A stretch of DNA of 64,000 bases from Nitrospirota bacterium (lineage in GTDB: Bacteria; Nitrospirota; UBA9217): positions 1,516-65,515 of the forward strand of contig JBBIMH010000017.1 in the NCBI GenBank assembly GCA_037444505.1, read 5' to 3'. A program made the translations under genes and the position numbers. Below, piece by piece: positions 26,848-36,319 of this stretch; positions within the stretch are counted from its first letter, which is position 1; each line of letters starts with the position of its first letter. Under the pieces are notes generated by a model, which did no database searches, was not told the origin of the DNA, and was given only the letters and a program-made list of their open reading frames with translations.

Positions 26848-28668
26848 CTACTTCCTGAGTTCCTCGAGGATGTCCGAGTCAATCCTGTTCATGTCGAAGT
26901 ATTCGCGCTCCAGCTCTTCCACATAGAACCTGTCGAGCCCGCTGTTCGCAAGAAAATCCTCGCGCACTCGGCTGTCGCGGGACACGATGATGTGCGGCAG
27001 AAGGTTGTTTAGATAGAAGGCCTCCTTCCTGATATCGAGGATGATCTCTTCGAATACTGCATGGGGTATGGGGCCCTGCACAAGGCCCCTGGATTGGAGC
27101 TCGCGGGTGAGGTCCTGGATGAATATCTCCTGATCCTCCTTGGAGTTCAGCTCTATGTAGATGCTCTTGAACCGCTCCTTTACATAGCGATGGATCGCTG
27201 CGTATAACTTCTCGACCTCGTTTATCTTCGCAAGGTCCGCAGCCACTTCCTTGTAGGTGGCGTCGCCCGATTTTATTCGCTCGAGCCCGGCGAAGAGGGT
27301 GTCCACCTTCTTCCTTCCGTATCGGGTCAAGTATCTGTTTTCGCGCAGTGGGTCGTAGAACAGCTCCCTGAAGAGATTCGGCCTGACTGTGTCGAACACC
27401 TCCCTGTTTCCGGAAAGGCTTCTGATATTGTCCTCGGTCAGGGTGGAGTTCTCCATGAAGGCGAGGTTATTTATCATCGTGCCTGCGCTGTCGTATCTGT
27501 CTAAAAAAGTGAGCACATAGCTCATGGCCTCGAGCACGGCCATTTCGTTCGTGTCTCTTGCATGCTCGTCGCAGGCGCGTACCGTGTCGAGCAGGATGCT
27601 CTCGAACGCAGGGTCCCTCAGCTCGGTCGACTTCTGCTTGGCCTTGAGCAGCTTGACGAGGTCCTCGTCGGCGATATGGCCCCTGAGCTTGTCCGTCCTC
27701 AGGAAGAACCCCTCGCAAATCGCCCTTGTGTCTCTTATATAGTCCGGCTCCTCGAGCTCCACGATGTGCATGTCCTTGAGGAGCAGTTCGTCGAGGGTGT
27801 CGAACAGGGTATGCGGGATGTTGAGCCTCAGGCTCAATGTCCTGAGGCGGGACAGCTTGGCGAGCTCCGAGGGGCTCACCTCACCCTTTTCAGATACGCC
27901 GATGAGAATGTCCTTATATTCGTCCACGACCTTCTTGTTCTCGGGGAGCTTGTACATTCCGTCTATTTTGATCCGCTCCTGCTGGTAGGGTGGTATGGAA
28001 TGTCTTTTCGCAAGTTCGTCCAGCATGGCTGCGTCTTCGTCCCTCAGTGCTTTGCGCTCGCTGTACAGGCTCTTGAAAGCATTGAAATACTCTTCGGTTT
28101 TCCTGTTTATCAGCCGGAACAGGAAGACCAAGGCCTTGGTATCTCCGATGCTGTCGAATATCTCTCTGCAGAGCCTGCTGTCGTCAGCTGCGCCAACGGC
28201 ATCCGTCCTCTTGAGCTGTTTGCCGACGTTTTTGAGGACCTCCTTCTGGATGTCCTTTATTTCGCCCTTTTGTGCGGTGTGCACGAAGAAATAGCAGTTG
28301 GTCACGGCATGCCCGGTGAAGAACACCCCTTCGAATGTCTCCTCTCCGGCTGTATTGTTCGTGAATGTGATATTGTCGGAGTCGTCGTAGTATGCGCCGA
28401 ACATCACGAGTCTGTTCGAGACGTCCTTTCTCAGGAGGTCTTTCAGGGGAAGGTCCACGCCGAACATATATTCGCAGAGGCTGCCGCCGGTGCCCATGAA
28501 CTTCACGCCGTGCGGCATGATGATGAATTCATTGCCCCCTGAGAAGAACCTGTCGCCTTCTGGAAGGGACTCGTAGAAGTACCGGCTGCTGATATCGGCG
28601 CCGGTGACCGTGACGCAGTAGTCAAGGCTGTTGTTGGCACTGCCATGGAGCCTGATCTCTTTTATCAT
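26848..28668 (-). CDS. Uncharacterised 606-aa cytoplasmic protein (beta-rich N-domain + long helical region)
   Basis: Long uninterrupted ORF with no TM helix or signal peptide and no catalytic motif I can recognise. It is translationally juxtaposed to lptF. The start is at MIKEIRLHG. Confidence 0.7.
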   Translation of the reverse strand: MIKEIRLHGSANNSLDYCVTVTGADISSRYFYESLPEGDRFFSGGNEFIIMPHGVKFMGTGGSLCEYMFGVDLPLKDLLRKDVSNRLVMFGAYYDDSDNITFTNNTAGEETFEGVFFTGHAVTNCYFFVHTAQKGEIKDIQKEVLKNVGKQLKRTDAVGAADDSRLCREIFDSIGDTKALVFLFRLINRKTEEYFNAFKSLYSERKALRDEDAAMLDELAKRHSIPPYQQERIKIDGMYKLPENKKVVDEYKDILIGVSEKGEVSPSELAKLSRLRTLSLRLNIPHTLFDTLDELLLKDMHIVELEEPDYIRDTRAICEGFFLRTDKLRGHIADEDLVKLLKAKQKSTELRDPAFESILLDTVRACDEHARDTNEMAVLEAMSYVLTFLDRYDSAGTMINNLAFMENSTLTEDNIRSLSGNREVFDTVRPNLFRELFYDPLRENRYLTRYGRKKVDTLFAGLERIKSGDATYKEVAADLAKINEVEKLYAAIHRYVKERFKSIYIELNSKEDQEIFIQDLTRELQSRGLVQGPIPHAVFEEIILDIRKEAFYLNNLLPHIIVSRDSRVREDFLANSGLDRFYVEELEREYFDMNRIDSDILEELRK

Positions 28669-28678
28669 ATCAAAGCCT

Positions 28679-28706
28679 ATTATATCAGACCGGACGGGAT
28701 TTTCAA
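28679..28706 (-). promoter_or_regulatory. Sigma-70 promoter candidate, near-leaderless geometry
   Basis: On the minus strand: TTGAAA (28701-28706), 16-nt spacer, TATAAT (28679-28684), then 10 nt to ATG 28668 with no SD. Confidence 0.45.
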
Positions 28707-28770
28707 AGTCAAAGTATATTCGGCATCGGCTAAGCAACCCGCCCGCCTAAAAAATATAACCGTCTTTTTG

Positions 28771-28799
28771 TTGACCAACGGCCGCGTTCTTGCTATATT
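28771..28799 (+). promoter_or_regulatory. Sigma-70 promoter candidate for the small membrane protein gene
   Basis: TTGACC (28771-28776), 17-nt spacer, TATATT (28794-28799). Confidence 0.4.
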
Positions 28800-28851
28800 C
28801 ATCGCCGGTCGATTCTCGACGATACGCTAAAACAGGAAGGGGGTGATATCG

Positions 28852-29187
28852 ATGTCGGAAAAGAAGGTGGTACGTATTACAGGAATCCTCCGCACCATCG
28901 GGATACTGCTCATACTCACAGGCGCCACTGCTGTACGAGAGGGTTCTCTGGCCTTTTTCTTCATGGGACTTGCGCTTCTGGCTTTCAGGACCTTCGACAT
29001 AAAGGGCCTGCAGCCCGAAAGGCTTCTCATCGCTGAGATTGTATTGTCCGCTTCTCTGACCGTTGCCGCGATCTCCCAGCTCATACTTTCCAAGGGGTTT
29101 CGTGCGCCGCAGGTGTTTCTGATAGTGACCGTCATAGGCGGCCTCCTCATGGTTGTGGAGGCGGTCAGGGAATACGCCGAGCTTTGA
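28852..29187 (+). CDS. Hypothetical small membrane protein (3-4 TM)
   Basis: 111 aa with a GGAAGGGGG RBS, hydrophobic helices and a terminator immediately downstream. Confidence 0.55.
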   Translation: MSEKKVVRITGILRTIGILLILTGATAVREGSLAFFFMGLALLAFRTFDIKGLQPERLLIAEIVLSASLTVAAISQLILSKGFRAPQVFLIVTVIGGLLMVVEAVREYAEL

Positions 29188-29197
29188 TGTCCATTGT

Positions 29198-29227
29198 CAG
29201 GGCCGGTCCTTCCGGCCCTGTATTTCT
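29198..29227 (+). terminator. Rho-independent terminator
   Basis: 9-bp GC-rich stem CAGGGCCGG / CCGGCCCTG with loop TCCTT, followed by TATTTCT. Confidence 0.65.
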
Positions 29228-29345
29228 ATATGCCCCTCATCAATGCTGCCTCAACAGCACTGCTTCTGGATTTTTTCTCTGGAGTCTGGTATAGTACAGC
29301 TTGCGCGGCAAGACTGCCGCAATGCTTATCTTCGGTTTATATGTC

Positions 29346-30293
29346 ATGAGCGTGTCCGTAATCACAAGAAACGCCGTCCAGAGGCCTTACAATGCCTTCG
29401 GGCCGTACATGAAGTCCCTCTTCGGCATGCCTGTCTACAAGGTGAACGTGGATGCGGGTTTCACATGCCCTAACAGGGATGGAAGCATTTCCACGGGCGG
29501 CTGTATATATTGCAATAATGCAAGCTTCAGGCCTGCGGCATGCGACAGGAGGCTGTCGGTAAAGGAGCAGGTGGCCAGGGGCATACCGTATCTCAGGACG
29601 CGCTATGGAGCGGAGAAGTTCCTCGTCTATTTCCAGCCGTATACAAACACATACGCGCCTGTTGATGAGCTCGAGCGCATCTACAACGAGGCCCTGGAGC
29701 ATCCGGGTGTGATAGGGCTTGCCATAGGCACTCGGCCTGACTGCGTTGACGAGGAAAAAATAGAGCTGCTCGCATCTATTGCTGAGAAATATTTCATCCT
29801 CGTCGAATACGGCCTGCAGTCCATATACGACAAGACCCTCGAGTTCGTGAATAGGGGACATGACTACGCGTGCTTCAAGAACGCCATCAGGTTCACGACG
29901 GGGAGGGGCATAAAGATAGGTGCGCATATCATCCTCGGTTTCCCGACAGAGACGCGGGAAGAGATGCTCGCTATGGCGGACGAGATATCCGGCCTGCCCG
30001 TGGAATTCTTGAAGATACATCAGCTCCAGGTCATAAGAGGCACGCGGCTTGCCGAGATATACGCTGAAAGTCCGTTCCAGACGCTGGACTATGAGGGATA
30101 TATTGCGCTCGTATCTGAGTTTCTTAAGCGGCTCTCTCCGGACATTGTGATTCAGAGGCTGTTCGCCTCCGCGCCTTCGGATATCCTTATAGCACCTGTG
30201 TGGGACAGGACGCGCAGCCGCTTTCTGCACGACCTCGAGCAGTACATGAGGCAGCATGAGATCCATCAGGGCAAGGACAGGAGGCGACTGTAG
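29346..30293 (+). CDS. Radical SAM protein, YhcC/TIGR01212-like
   Basis: The motif VDAGFTCPNRDGSISTGGCIYCNN is characteristic of this family, followed by a TIM-barrel radical SAM core. The start is uncertain among 29301 (TTG), 29322 and 29346. Confidence 0.85.
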   Translation: MSVSVITRNAVQRPYNAFGPYMKSLFGMPVYKVNVDAGFTCPNRDGSISTGGCIYCNNASFRPAACDRRLSVKEQVARGIPYLRTRYGAEKFLVYFQPYTNTYAPVDELERIYNEALEHPGVIGLAIGTRPDCVDEEKIELLASIAEKYFILVEYGLQSIYDKTLEFVNRGHDYACFKNAIRFTTGRGIKIGAHIILGFPTETREEMLAMADEISGLPVEFLKIHQLQVIRGTRLAEIYAESPFQTLDYEGYIALVSEFLKRLSPDIVIQRLFASAPSDILIAPVWDRTRSRFLHDLEQYMRQHEIHQGKDRRRL

Positions 30294-30469
30294 GGGCAGG
30301 TGAAGGTTATATCGATTATAGTGTCGATTGATTTGTAAAAGCCGGGATTCGTCACGTAGTACTCGGGGCCGATGCATTGAAATCCCAATTGGCTTTCGCA
30401 GGGGCCTCATGAGTCCTGTAGTAGATTCCGGCTTCTTGCGAATCCGTCGATACCGATAAAAGGAGATCC

Positions 30470-31135
30470 ATGATAGACCTCCATACTCATTCCATATTTA
30501 GCGACGGCGTCCTCGTGCCGTCTGAGCTCGTCCGCAGGGCGGCCATGAAGGGCTATGAGGTAATAGCAATCACGGACCATGCGGATGCGTCCAATATAGA
30601 TTTCATCATCCCTCGGGTCTCTGCTGCATGCAGGGAGCTGACCAGGCGATGGAAGATATTCGCCATACCCGGTATAGAGCTGACGCACATACCTCCGGAT
30701 ATGTTCGGAGAACTCGTAGAGCGCGGCCGCGCCCTTGGAGCAGCCATTGTGGTGGCGCATGGTGAGACGCTCGTCGAGCCAGTGCATCCAGGTACGAACC
30801 GTGCAGCGATAGAGGCGGGTGTCGATATTCTTGCGCATCCAGGCCTTATTACGAAGGAAGAGGCCGAGCTGGCGCGTGCAAATGGTGTCTATTTGGAGAT
30901 AACGTCGCGCAAGGGCCACAGCCTCTCCAACGGACATGTGGCGAAAATCACTGCTGATACGGGTGCGAGACTCGTGCTCGATACGGACAGCCATGAGCCC
31001 GGAGATCTGATTACAGATGAATTCGGTCGCGATATACTTTTGGGAGCGGGTCTGAGCGAGGCTGCGGCGGAAGAGGTGCTCAAGAATTCCAGAGTCCTGG
31101 CCGAGACTGCAAAGAGGCGGCTCGGCTGGCCATAA
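30470..31135 (+). CDS. PHP-domain metal-dependent phosphoesterase
   Basis: N-terminal MIDLHTHSIFSDG, then ITDHAD and later His/Asp motifs. AAGGAG RBS upstream. Confidence 0.85.
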   Translation: MIDLHTHSIFSDGVLVPSELVRRAAMKGYEVIAITDHADASNIDFIIPRVSAACRELTRRWKIFAIPGIELTHIPPDMFGELVERGRALGAAIVVAHGETLVEPVHPGTNRAAIEAGVDILAHPGLITKEEAELARANGVYLEITSRKGHSLSNGHVAKITADTGARLVLDTDSHEPGDLITDEFGRDILLGAGLSEAAAEEVLKNSRVLAETAKRRLGWP

Positions 31136-31155
31136 ACACGTGGGAGGGTCGGGAT

Positions 31156-31866
31156 ATGTATGCTATCAAGAAAAAGGGGCTTGCATCCGCAAGACCTGCA
31201 GAGACAAGGATCAAGGGGCTTTATGAGAAAGCGGCGGAGTATATACAGGCCCGGAGGAGCAAGGTGGTTCCGGCTGCTGTTGCCGTGGTCTTGGGCGCGC
31301 TCATTGCGGCATCGTATGCGTTTGTACACACGGCAAGGGACTCGAAGGCCTCGGCTCTGCTGTCTCAAGCGCTCGAATATTACAGTCCCACGACGGGCAT
31401 CCCGGCTGACTATTCCAAATCCCTCGAGTTGTTCAGGGACATAGCAAAGTCCTACTCCGGCACCACGAGCGGGGCGATCGCCGAATACTATGCAGCAGCG
31501 AGCCTCGCCGCCATGGAAAGAATTGACGAGGCGCTCTCCGAATATCAGGCTCTCGTGAGCAGGCATTCGTCAAAGAGGTTTATAGCAGGCCTCGCATATC
31601 AGCGCATGGGGTATCTATATGCCTCCAAGGGCAATACCGCTGGTGCGATCAAGGCCTTCGAGCAGGCGGACAGGCTCTTAGGCGCAGGGCTTGCCACGAT
31701 AGAGCTGGCGAGGCTTTATGAAAAGACAGGGGATGCAGAAAAATCGCAGAAGATGTATAGGGTGGTGTCTGAAAAGCTGCCTGGTACGCAGTGGGCATTC
31801 GAGGCCATGACTAAACTGCCGCCTCCAGTGCAGAAACAGGAACAGCACGCGCCTGAAAAAAAATAA
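31156..31866 (+). CDS. Membrane-anchored TPR-repeat protein (YfgM-like)
   Basis: One TM helix (VVPAAVAVVLGALIAASYAF) followed by TPR-like helical repeats. Confidence 0.7.
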   Translation: MYAIKKKGLASARPAETRIKGLYEKAAEYIQARRSKVVPAAVAVVLGALIAASYAFVHTARDSKASALLSQALEYYSPTTGIPADYSKSLELFRDIAKSYSGTTSGAIAEYYAAASLAAMERIDEALSEYQALVSRHSSKRFIAGLAYQRMGYLYASKGNTAGAIKAFEQADRLLGAGLATIELARLYEKTGDAEKSQKMYRVVSEKLPGTQWAFEAMTKLPPPVQKQEQHAPEKK

Positions 31867-31893
31867 ACCACCTGGAGGCATCGGAGAGAGCGC

Positions 31894-33234
31894 TCAAATC
31901 TGATCTATATTTACCAGCAGTCTTATCTTCTGCCCTTGCCGGAGCGTGTTACCGATGCCCTTGTTCCATTCACGGATATCTGTTACGCTCACATTGTGGT
32001 CTCTGGCTATCTTCCAGAGCGTCTCGCCCCGTTTGACCCTGTAGAGTATCATTTCCTTCCTGCCTGTTTCCGGCGCTATCATATTTTTGTCAGGAGAAGA
32101 TCCGGCTATGCCAACTGGAATAAGCAGGTGCTTGCCCGGAGAGAGCTTGACCCTGCCGAGGCCGTTCACCTCGCGTATGGCCTCACGGGTCGAGCCGAAC
32201 TTCGCCGCCACTTTGGCGAGCGTGTCTCCACGCATTACTTCATAGCGCTCCCATTTTATCTTCTGCTCGGGCGGAATCGCCGCGAAGTTCTCGAGGAATT
32301 TCTCCTTAGAGCCCTTCGGGATCCTGAGCGTATAGCTCGATATGTCCGGCGGGATGATCCAGCGCTTGAGTTCAGGGTTCAGCTCCTTGATCTTTTCGTA
32401 GCTCGTTTCAGCGCAGCGGGCTATGAGCCTCAGGTCAATGGTCTCTGCTATCTCTACTTCGTCATACTCGAAAGGCTCGACCTCTGGGACCGTGAAGCCG
32501 TATGCCGCCGGGTTCTTCGCTATTATGGTTGCTGCCATGTACTTCGGGACATAGTTCTTTGTCTCTCTCCGGATGTAACGGGAGGCCTTCAAATCCCAGA
32601 AGTCTTCAGACCTTGTTCTGAGCACGGCCCTCTGGACCTTTCCGGCCCCTGCATTGTACGACGCCAGCGCGAGAGGCCATGAGCCGAAGAGATTATGCAG
32701 GTCCTTCAGGTGCTCCGCCGCTGCATACGTGGACTTAATAGGGTCCTTGCGCTCATCTATCCACCAGTTTATCTTTAGACCGTACTTCGCTCCCGTAGCA
32801 GGCATGAACTGCCAGGGACCGACCGCTTTCGCCCACGAAACTGCATATGGATTGAATCCGCTTTCTATCATCGCTACATAGACGAGGTCTTCAGGCAGGT
32901 TCTTCTCTTTGAATATCTGCTTCATCATGGGGATGTATCTTGCGGATCTTTCTAGCCAGCGCTGGAACAAGTCTCTTCCCCTGGTCTTGAAATATTCGAG
33001 ATGGCTTTCTACACTGTCATTGAGTATTACAGGGATGTGATACGGTCTCTCATCCTCAGAATCCTCTATGACCTCCTCGATGTCCGCAAGGTCTTCTTTG
33101 GGCGGCGCGAATTCTGATGGTATGCCGACATTAATGGTGTGTTGCTGGGCAGCGGCCTGGCCAAAAGCAGGCACCGGCATAAACCCAATGAGCATGCCAA
33201 CTATCGGAAAAACAAGGAAATTACTGCGTAACAT
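31894..33234 (-). CDS. Lytic murein transglycosylase with three LysM domains (MltD-like)
   Basis: Signal peptide, SLT catalytic region (AMIESGFNP...GPWQFMPATG) and C-terminal LysM repeats (YEVMRGDTLAKVAAKFG, YRVKRGETLWKIARDHN). AGGAGG RBS upstream. Confidence 0.9.
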   Translation of the reverse strand: MLRSNFLVFPIVGMLIGFMPVPAFGQAAAQQHTINVGIPSEFAPPKEDLADIEEVIEDSEDERPYHIPVILNDSVESHLEYFKTRGRDLFQRWLERSARYIPMMKQIFKEKNLPEDLVYVAMIESGFNPYAVSWAKAVGPWQFMPATGAKYGLKINWWIDERKDPIKSTYAAAEHLKDLHNLFGSWPLALASYNAGAGKVQRAVLRTRSEDFWDLKASRYIRRETKNYVPKYMAATIIAKNPAAYGFTVPEVEPFEYDEVEIAETIDLRLIARCAETSYEKIKELNPELKRWIIPPDISSYTLRIPKGSKEKFLENFAAIPPEQKIKWERYEVMRGDTLAKVAAKFGSTREAIREVNGLGRVKLSPGKHLLIPVGIAGSSPDKNMIAPETGRKEMILYRVKRGETLWKIARDHNVSVTDIREWNKGIGNTLRQGQKIRLLVNIDQI

Positions 33235-33421
33235 GGCTCCTCCTACTAATTGCTTATAGGTTATCGAATCAAGACGGCTTTGTCAAGAAAAATCTGAAAA
33301 AAATTTTTTGTATATACACATTTTTATTTGTTGCAGCATGATGCACAATCTTTCACCATGAGCTACTTCTTTAGGCCCATTGCCCCTTGACCGCGTCTTT
33401 CCAAAAGTCTATTATGGCCTC

Positions 33422-34159
33422 ATGCCCGCCGCCTATATCGAGGAGATATTCTCGTCTGTTCAGGGTGAAGGTCCATATGTCGGGACAAGGCATGTGTTCG
33501 TGCGGTTTTCAGGTTGCGACATAAGGTGCAGGTATTGCGACACGCCTGCTGCACATCGCTCGAACATCATATGCCGTGTGCAGAAGTACATCAGCTCTTT
33601 AGAGTACTATGAAATACAGAATCCTGTTTCCGATGATGACCTGTACCGCTGCTGCAGGGGATTGAGTCCGGCAGGCCCCGGCAGGCCCTGGCTCAGTCTA
33701 ACAGGCGGGGAGCCGCTTCTCCAGAAGGACTTTCTCGTTTCATGGCTGTCCCGTATCAGACCTGATCTCCAAATATATCTCGAGACGAGCGGCATACATC
33801 ATCAGGCGATGAGCGAGGTAAGGGAGTTCATCGACACAGTAAGCATGGATTTCAAGCTGCCCTCTGCAACAGGCCTGAGACCGTTCTGGAAGGAACACGA
33901 GCGGTTTCTTGAGGCATCCATCGGCAGAGATGTATTCGTGAAGGCGGTTGTTACAGCAGACACTCTCGACTCGGACATTGATCGCTGTATAAGGCTCATC
34001 TCCGAGATAGACGATTCCGTCCCTCTCATAATTCAGCCTGCATCAGGCAGGCTTGCGCCTTCACCCCAAAGACTGCTCAGTATGCAGGAGTCGGGGCTCA
34101 GGCATCTCAAGGATGTAAGGGTCATTCCACAGATACATAAGATATTGGAGATGCCTTGA
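33422..34159 (+). CDS. queE: 7-carboxy-7-deazaguanine synthase (radical SAM)
   Basis: EIFSSVQGEGPYVGTRHVFVRFSGCDIRCRYCDT is the QueE signature with the CxxxCxxC cluster. Confidence 0.85.
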   Translation: MPAAYIEEIFSSVQGEGPYVGTRHVFVRFSGCDIRCRYCDTPAAHRSNIICRVQKYISSLEYYEIQNPVSDDDLYRCCRGLSPAGPGRPWLSLTGGEPLLQKDFLVSWLSRIRPDLQIYLETSGIHHQAMSEVREFIDTVSMDFKLPSATGLRPFWKEHERFLEASIGRDVFVKAVVTADTLDSDIDRCIRLISEIDDSVPLIIQPASGRLAPSPQRLLSMQESGLRHLKDVRVIPQIHKILEMP

Positions 34160-34302
34160 GGTATTACGATTCATGACCCACCAGCGTACGATGGATAACG
34201 ATGACCGATGTTGCGTCGAGTCTGTTGGAAATTCGCTTATATTGGCTTGCAACGCGTGATTGTTCTTTTGCGACCCCATCAACACGGTTGTGGAGAAGAT
34301 GC

Positions 34303-35787
34303 ATGGACATGAATCTATTGAAACAGGTAGTAGGGGAGCTTTCCGCCCTGCTTCCAGGCAGCATAGTCGAGCGCATATATGAGGGCACGGACCGCGCGTT
34401 ATATCTTTCCCTCAGAAAGCAGCGGCTCGACCTCGTGTTGCTGATGTCGCCTGACCGCTCCCTGCCGAGGATGCATCTCGTATCGAACAGGCCTCCTTCC
34501 GCAGGGAAGATGTCCGCCTTTGCGCAATATCTCAAGAGCAGGATATCGGCCTCGCGGATAGAGCGCATCTCCCTCCTTGGAGTGGACAGACTGGTGGAGA
34601 TAATGTTCTCTGGAATGGATGCTGATTATTGTCTCGTCTTCGAGCTTTTCGGTTCGAGGGCGAACATGCTGCTGCTCGATTCGTCATCCAAGATAATTTC
34701 TGTATATTACTCATCCGGAATCTCAGGCTCCAGCAAGAGGATACTCGCCCCTGGATTCTTGTACGAACCGCCTGAGAAGACGACGGGAGCAGAGCCGGAT
34801 CCAGATAAGACCGAGACGAGCCGAACAATAAGGTGTTTTGCTCTTGCGCCTGCAGGTCAGGGGACGGATATCTCTGCCAACAGGAGGGCGGAGCAACACT
34901 ACAATAGGCTGCTCGACGAACAAAAGTTTTCTGCGATGCGCAGGCGTGTCATAGCCCATGCCAAAAGACTGATCGCCAAGGCAGAGAGGAAAATACGGGC
35001 GATCTCCTCAGACCTCGAACAGTCTCATAAGGCGGAAGAGTACAGGCGCATGGGTGAGATGCTCCTCGCGCATATCAAAGATGTGGCGCCTGGTGCAGAG
35101 AGATTCGAATTCATAGATGAATCAGGAAGAAATATCGTTGCACCTCTCGACCCGAGCCTCTCGCCGGCGTCGAATGCAGGGCTTTATTTCAAGAAATACA
35201 AAAAGGCGAAGGCGGGTCGTGATGTTATCATCGCGAGACTCGATATTGCAAGGCAGGAGGAGGAAGGACTCAGGTCTCTCTTGAGAGAGATAGAGAAGGC
35301 AAGAGACGCGAATGCGCTGGAGCGCATTGTCGACAGGTCTGTCCTGACTCGGGCCGTATGCCCGGATAGCGGGAAAGAGCAGACCCGGCAGGAAAAGAAA
35401 GATCGCCTGCCAGGCGTAAAAAGGATAAACTTCAAAGGCTGGGAGATGCTTGTAGGCAAGAGCGCGGCAGGCAATGACCATATATGCACGAAAATCGCCA
35501 TGCCGGATGACATATGGCTGCATGCAGAGGGCATGCCGGGCTCTCATGTGCTCATCAAAAACATCAAGAGGGTGGATGTCCCTGAAGAGGTAATCCTCAA
35601 GGCCGCATCCATAGCCGCGTACTACAGCAAGGGTAGGAATTCCACGAAGGTCCCTGTTACATATACAAAGGCAGTTCATGTGAAGAAGCCTAAAGGCGCG
35701 AGACCTGGCAGCGTCACGCTGACCGAGCGCAGAACTATAATGGTGCAGCCGGAAAGCGGTGCGGACGCGATGTCCATTGACAAATAA
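34303..35787 (+). CDS. NFACT-family protein (FbpA/RqcH-like ribosome quality-control factor)
   Basis: NFACT-N-like N-terminus, a central coiled coil, and a C-terminal NFACT-R/DUF814 motif (GWEMLVGKSAAGNDHI...WLHAEGMPGSHVLIKN). Confidence 0.85.
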   Translation: MDMNLLKQVVGELSALLPGSIVERIYEGTDRALYLSLRKQRLDLVLLMSPDRSLPRMHLVSNRPPSAGKMSAFAQYLKSRISASRIERISLLGVDRLVEIMFSGMDADYCLVFELFGSRANMLLLDSSSKIISVYYSSGISGSSKRILAPGFLYEPPEKTTGAEPDPDKTETSRTIRCFALAPAGQGTDISANRRAEQHYNRLLDEQKFSAMRRRVIAHAKRLIAKAERKIRAISSDLEQSHKAEEYRRMGEMLLAHIKDVAPGAERFEFIDESGRNIVAPLDPSLSPASNAGLYFKKYKKAKAGRDVIIARLDIARQEEEGLRSLLREIEKARDANALERIVDRSVLTRAVCPDSGKEQTRQEKKDRLPGVKRINFKGWEMLVGKSAAGNDHICTKIAMPDDIWLHAEGMPGSHVLIKNIKRVDVPEEVILKAASIAAYYSKGRNSTKVPVTYTKAVHVKKPKGARPGSVTLTERRTIMVQPESGADAMSIDK

Positions 35788-35866
35788 ATTTTGGCATCAT
35801 ATAATCATCCGAATTCAAAAAATCCCGTCCGCATGTCTCTCTGACTGCGCAATGAGAGTGTCAAAA

Positions 35867-36319
35867 ATGGATAACCTACAGGTTCTCAAAAGCACAGCCC
35901 TTTTCAGAGAGAGCTCTAATGAAGAGCTCGAGCTTTGTATAGGGCTGTTTCAGGAAAGGCTCGTGAAGCCCAATGTGACCATCTTCACGGAGAAGACGCC
36001 TGCAGAGGCCTTGTATATAATAAAGAGCGGCAGTGTGAGGATCAGCATGACAGGGCCGGACGGCCGCGAAAAGGGGCTGCTCTTGCTCGGTCCGGGCGAT
36101 TACTTCGGCGAGTTCGCTCTCATAAGGGAAGAGCCGAGGCAGGTAAATGCGAGGACGGAATCTCCGGCAGAGCTTTTGATCCTGACGCGCAAGGACTTTC
36201 AGGCACTCATGGATCTCGACCCGCGCACAGGTGTGAGGGTGATTGCCGCAATTGCGAAGTCGCTCGCAGCCCGCATCAACGACTATGTGCCCAGGCTCAG
36301 GGAAATGCTCCTGGAATGA
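35867..36319 (+). CDS. Cyclic-nucleotide-binding domain protein
   Basis: 150 aa comprising a single cNMP-binding beta-barrel (GDYFGEFALI...). Its stop overlaps the next gene's start (ATGA at 36316-36319). Confidence 0.8.
   Translation: MDNLQVLKSTALFRESSNEELELCIGLFQERLVKPNVTIFTEKTPAEALYIIKSGSVRISMTGPDGREKGLLLLGPGDYFGEFALIREEPRQVNARTESPAELLILTRKDFQALMDLDPRTGVRVIAAIAKSLAARINDYVPRLREMLLE

Noticed and set aside
27562-28542. 326-aa ORF antisense to the 606-aa hypothetical gene
   Set aside because: It is shorter than the opposing ORF and lacks an RBS. The opposing frame is uninterrupted for 1.8 kb and is coupled to lptF. Since neither has a known family, this rejection is less certain than the others.
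29337-30410. 357-aa ORF antisense to the YhcC-like radical SAM gene
   Set aside because: Antisense shadow ORF: Arg-rich with no recognisable motifs, and it fully overlaps a confidently assigned gene.
30407-30994. 195-aa ORF antisense to the PHP phosphoesterase gene
   Set aside because: The sense strand has the canonical PHP motifs and an RBS; the antisense ORF has neither.
33235-33421. Possible preQ1 riboswitch upstream of queE
   Set aside because: I found no match to the preQ1-I consensus (AGAGGTTC...CCCTC..TAAAAAACTA) or to other classes. The region looks like an AT-rich divergent promoter region.
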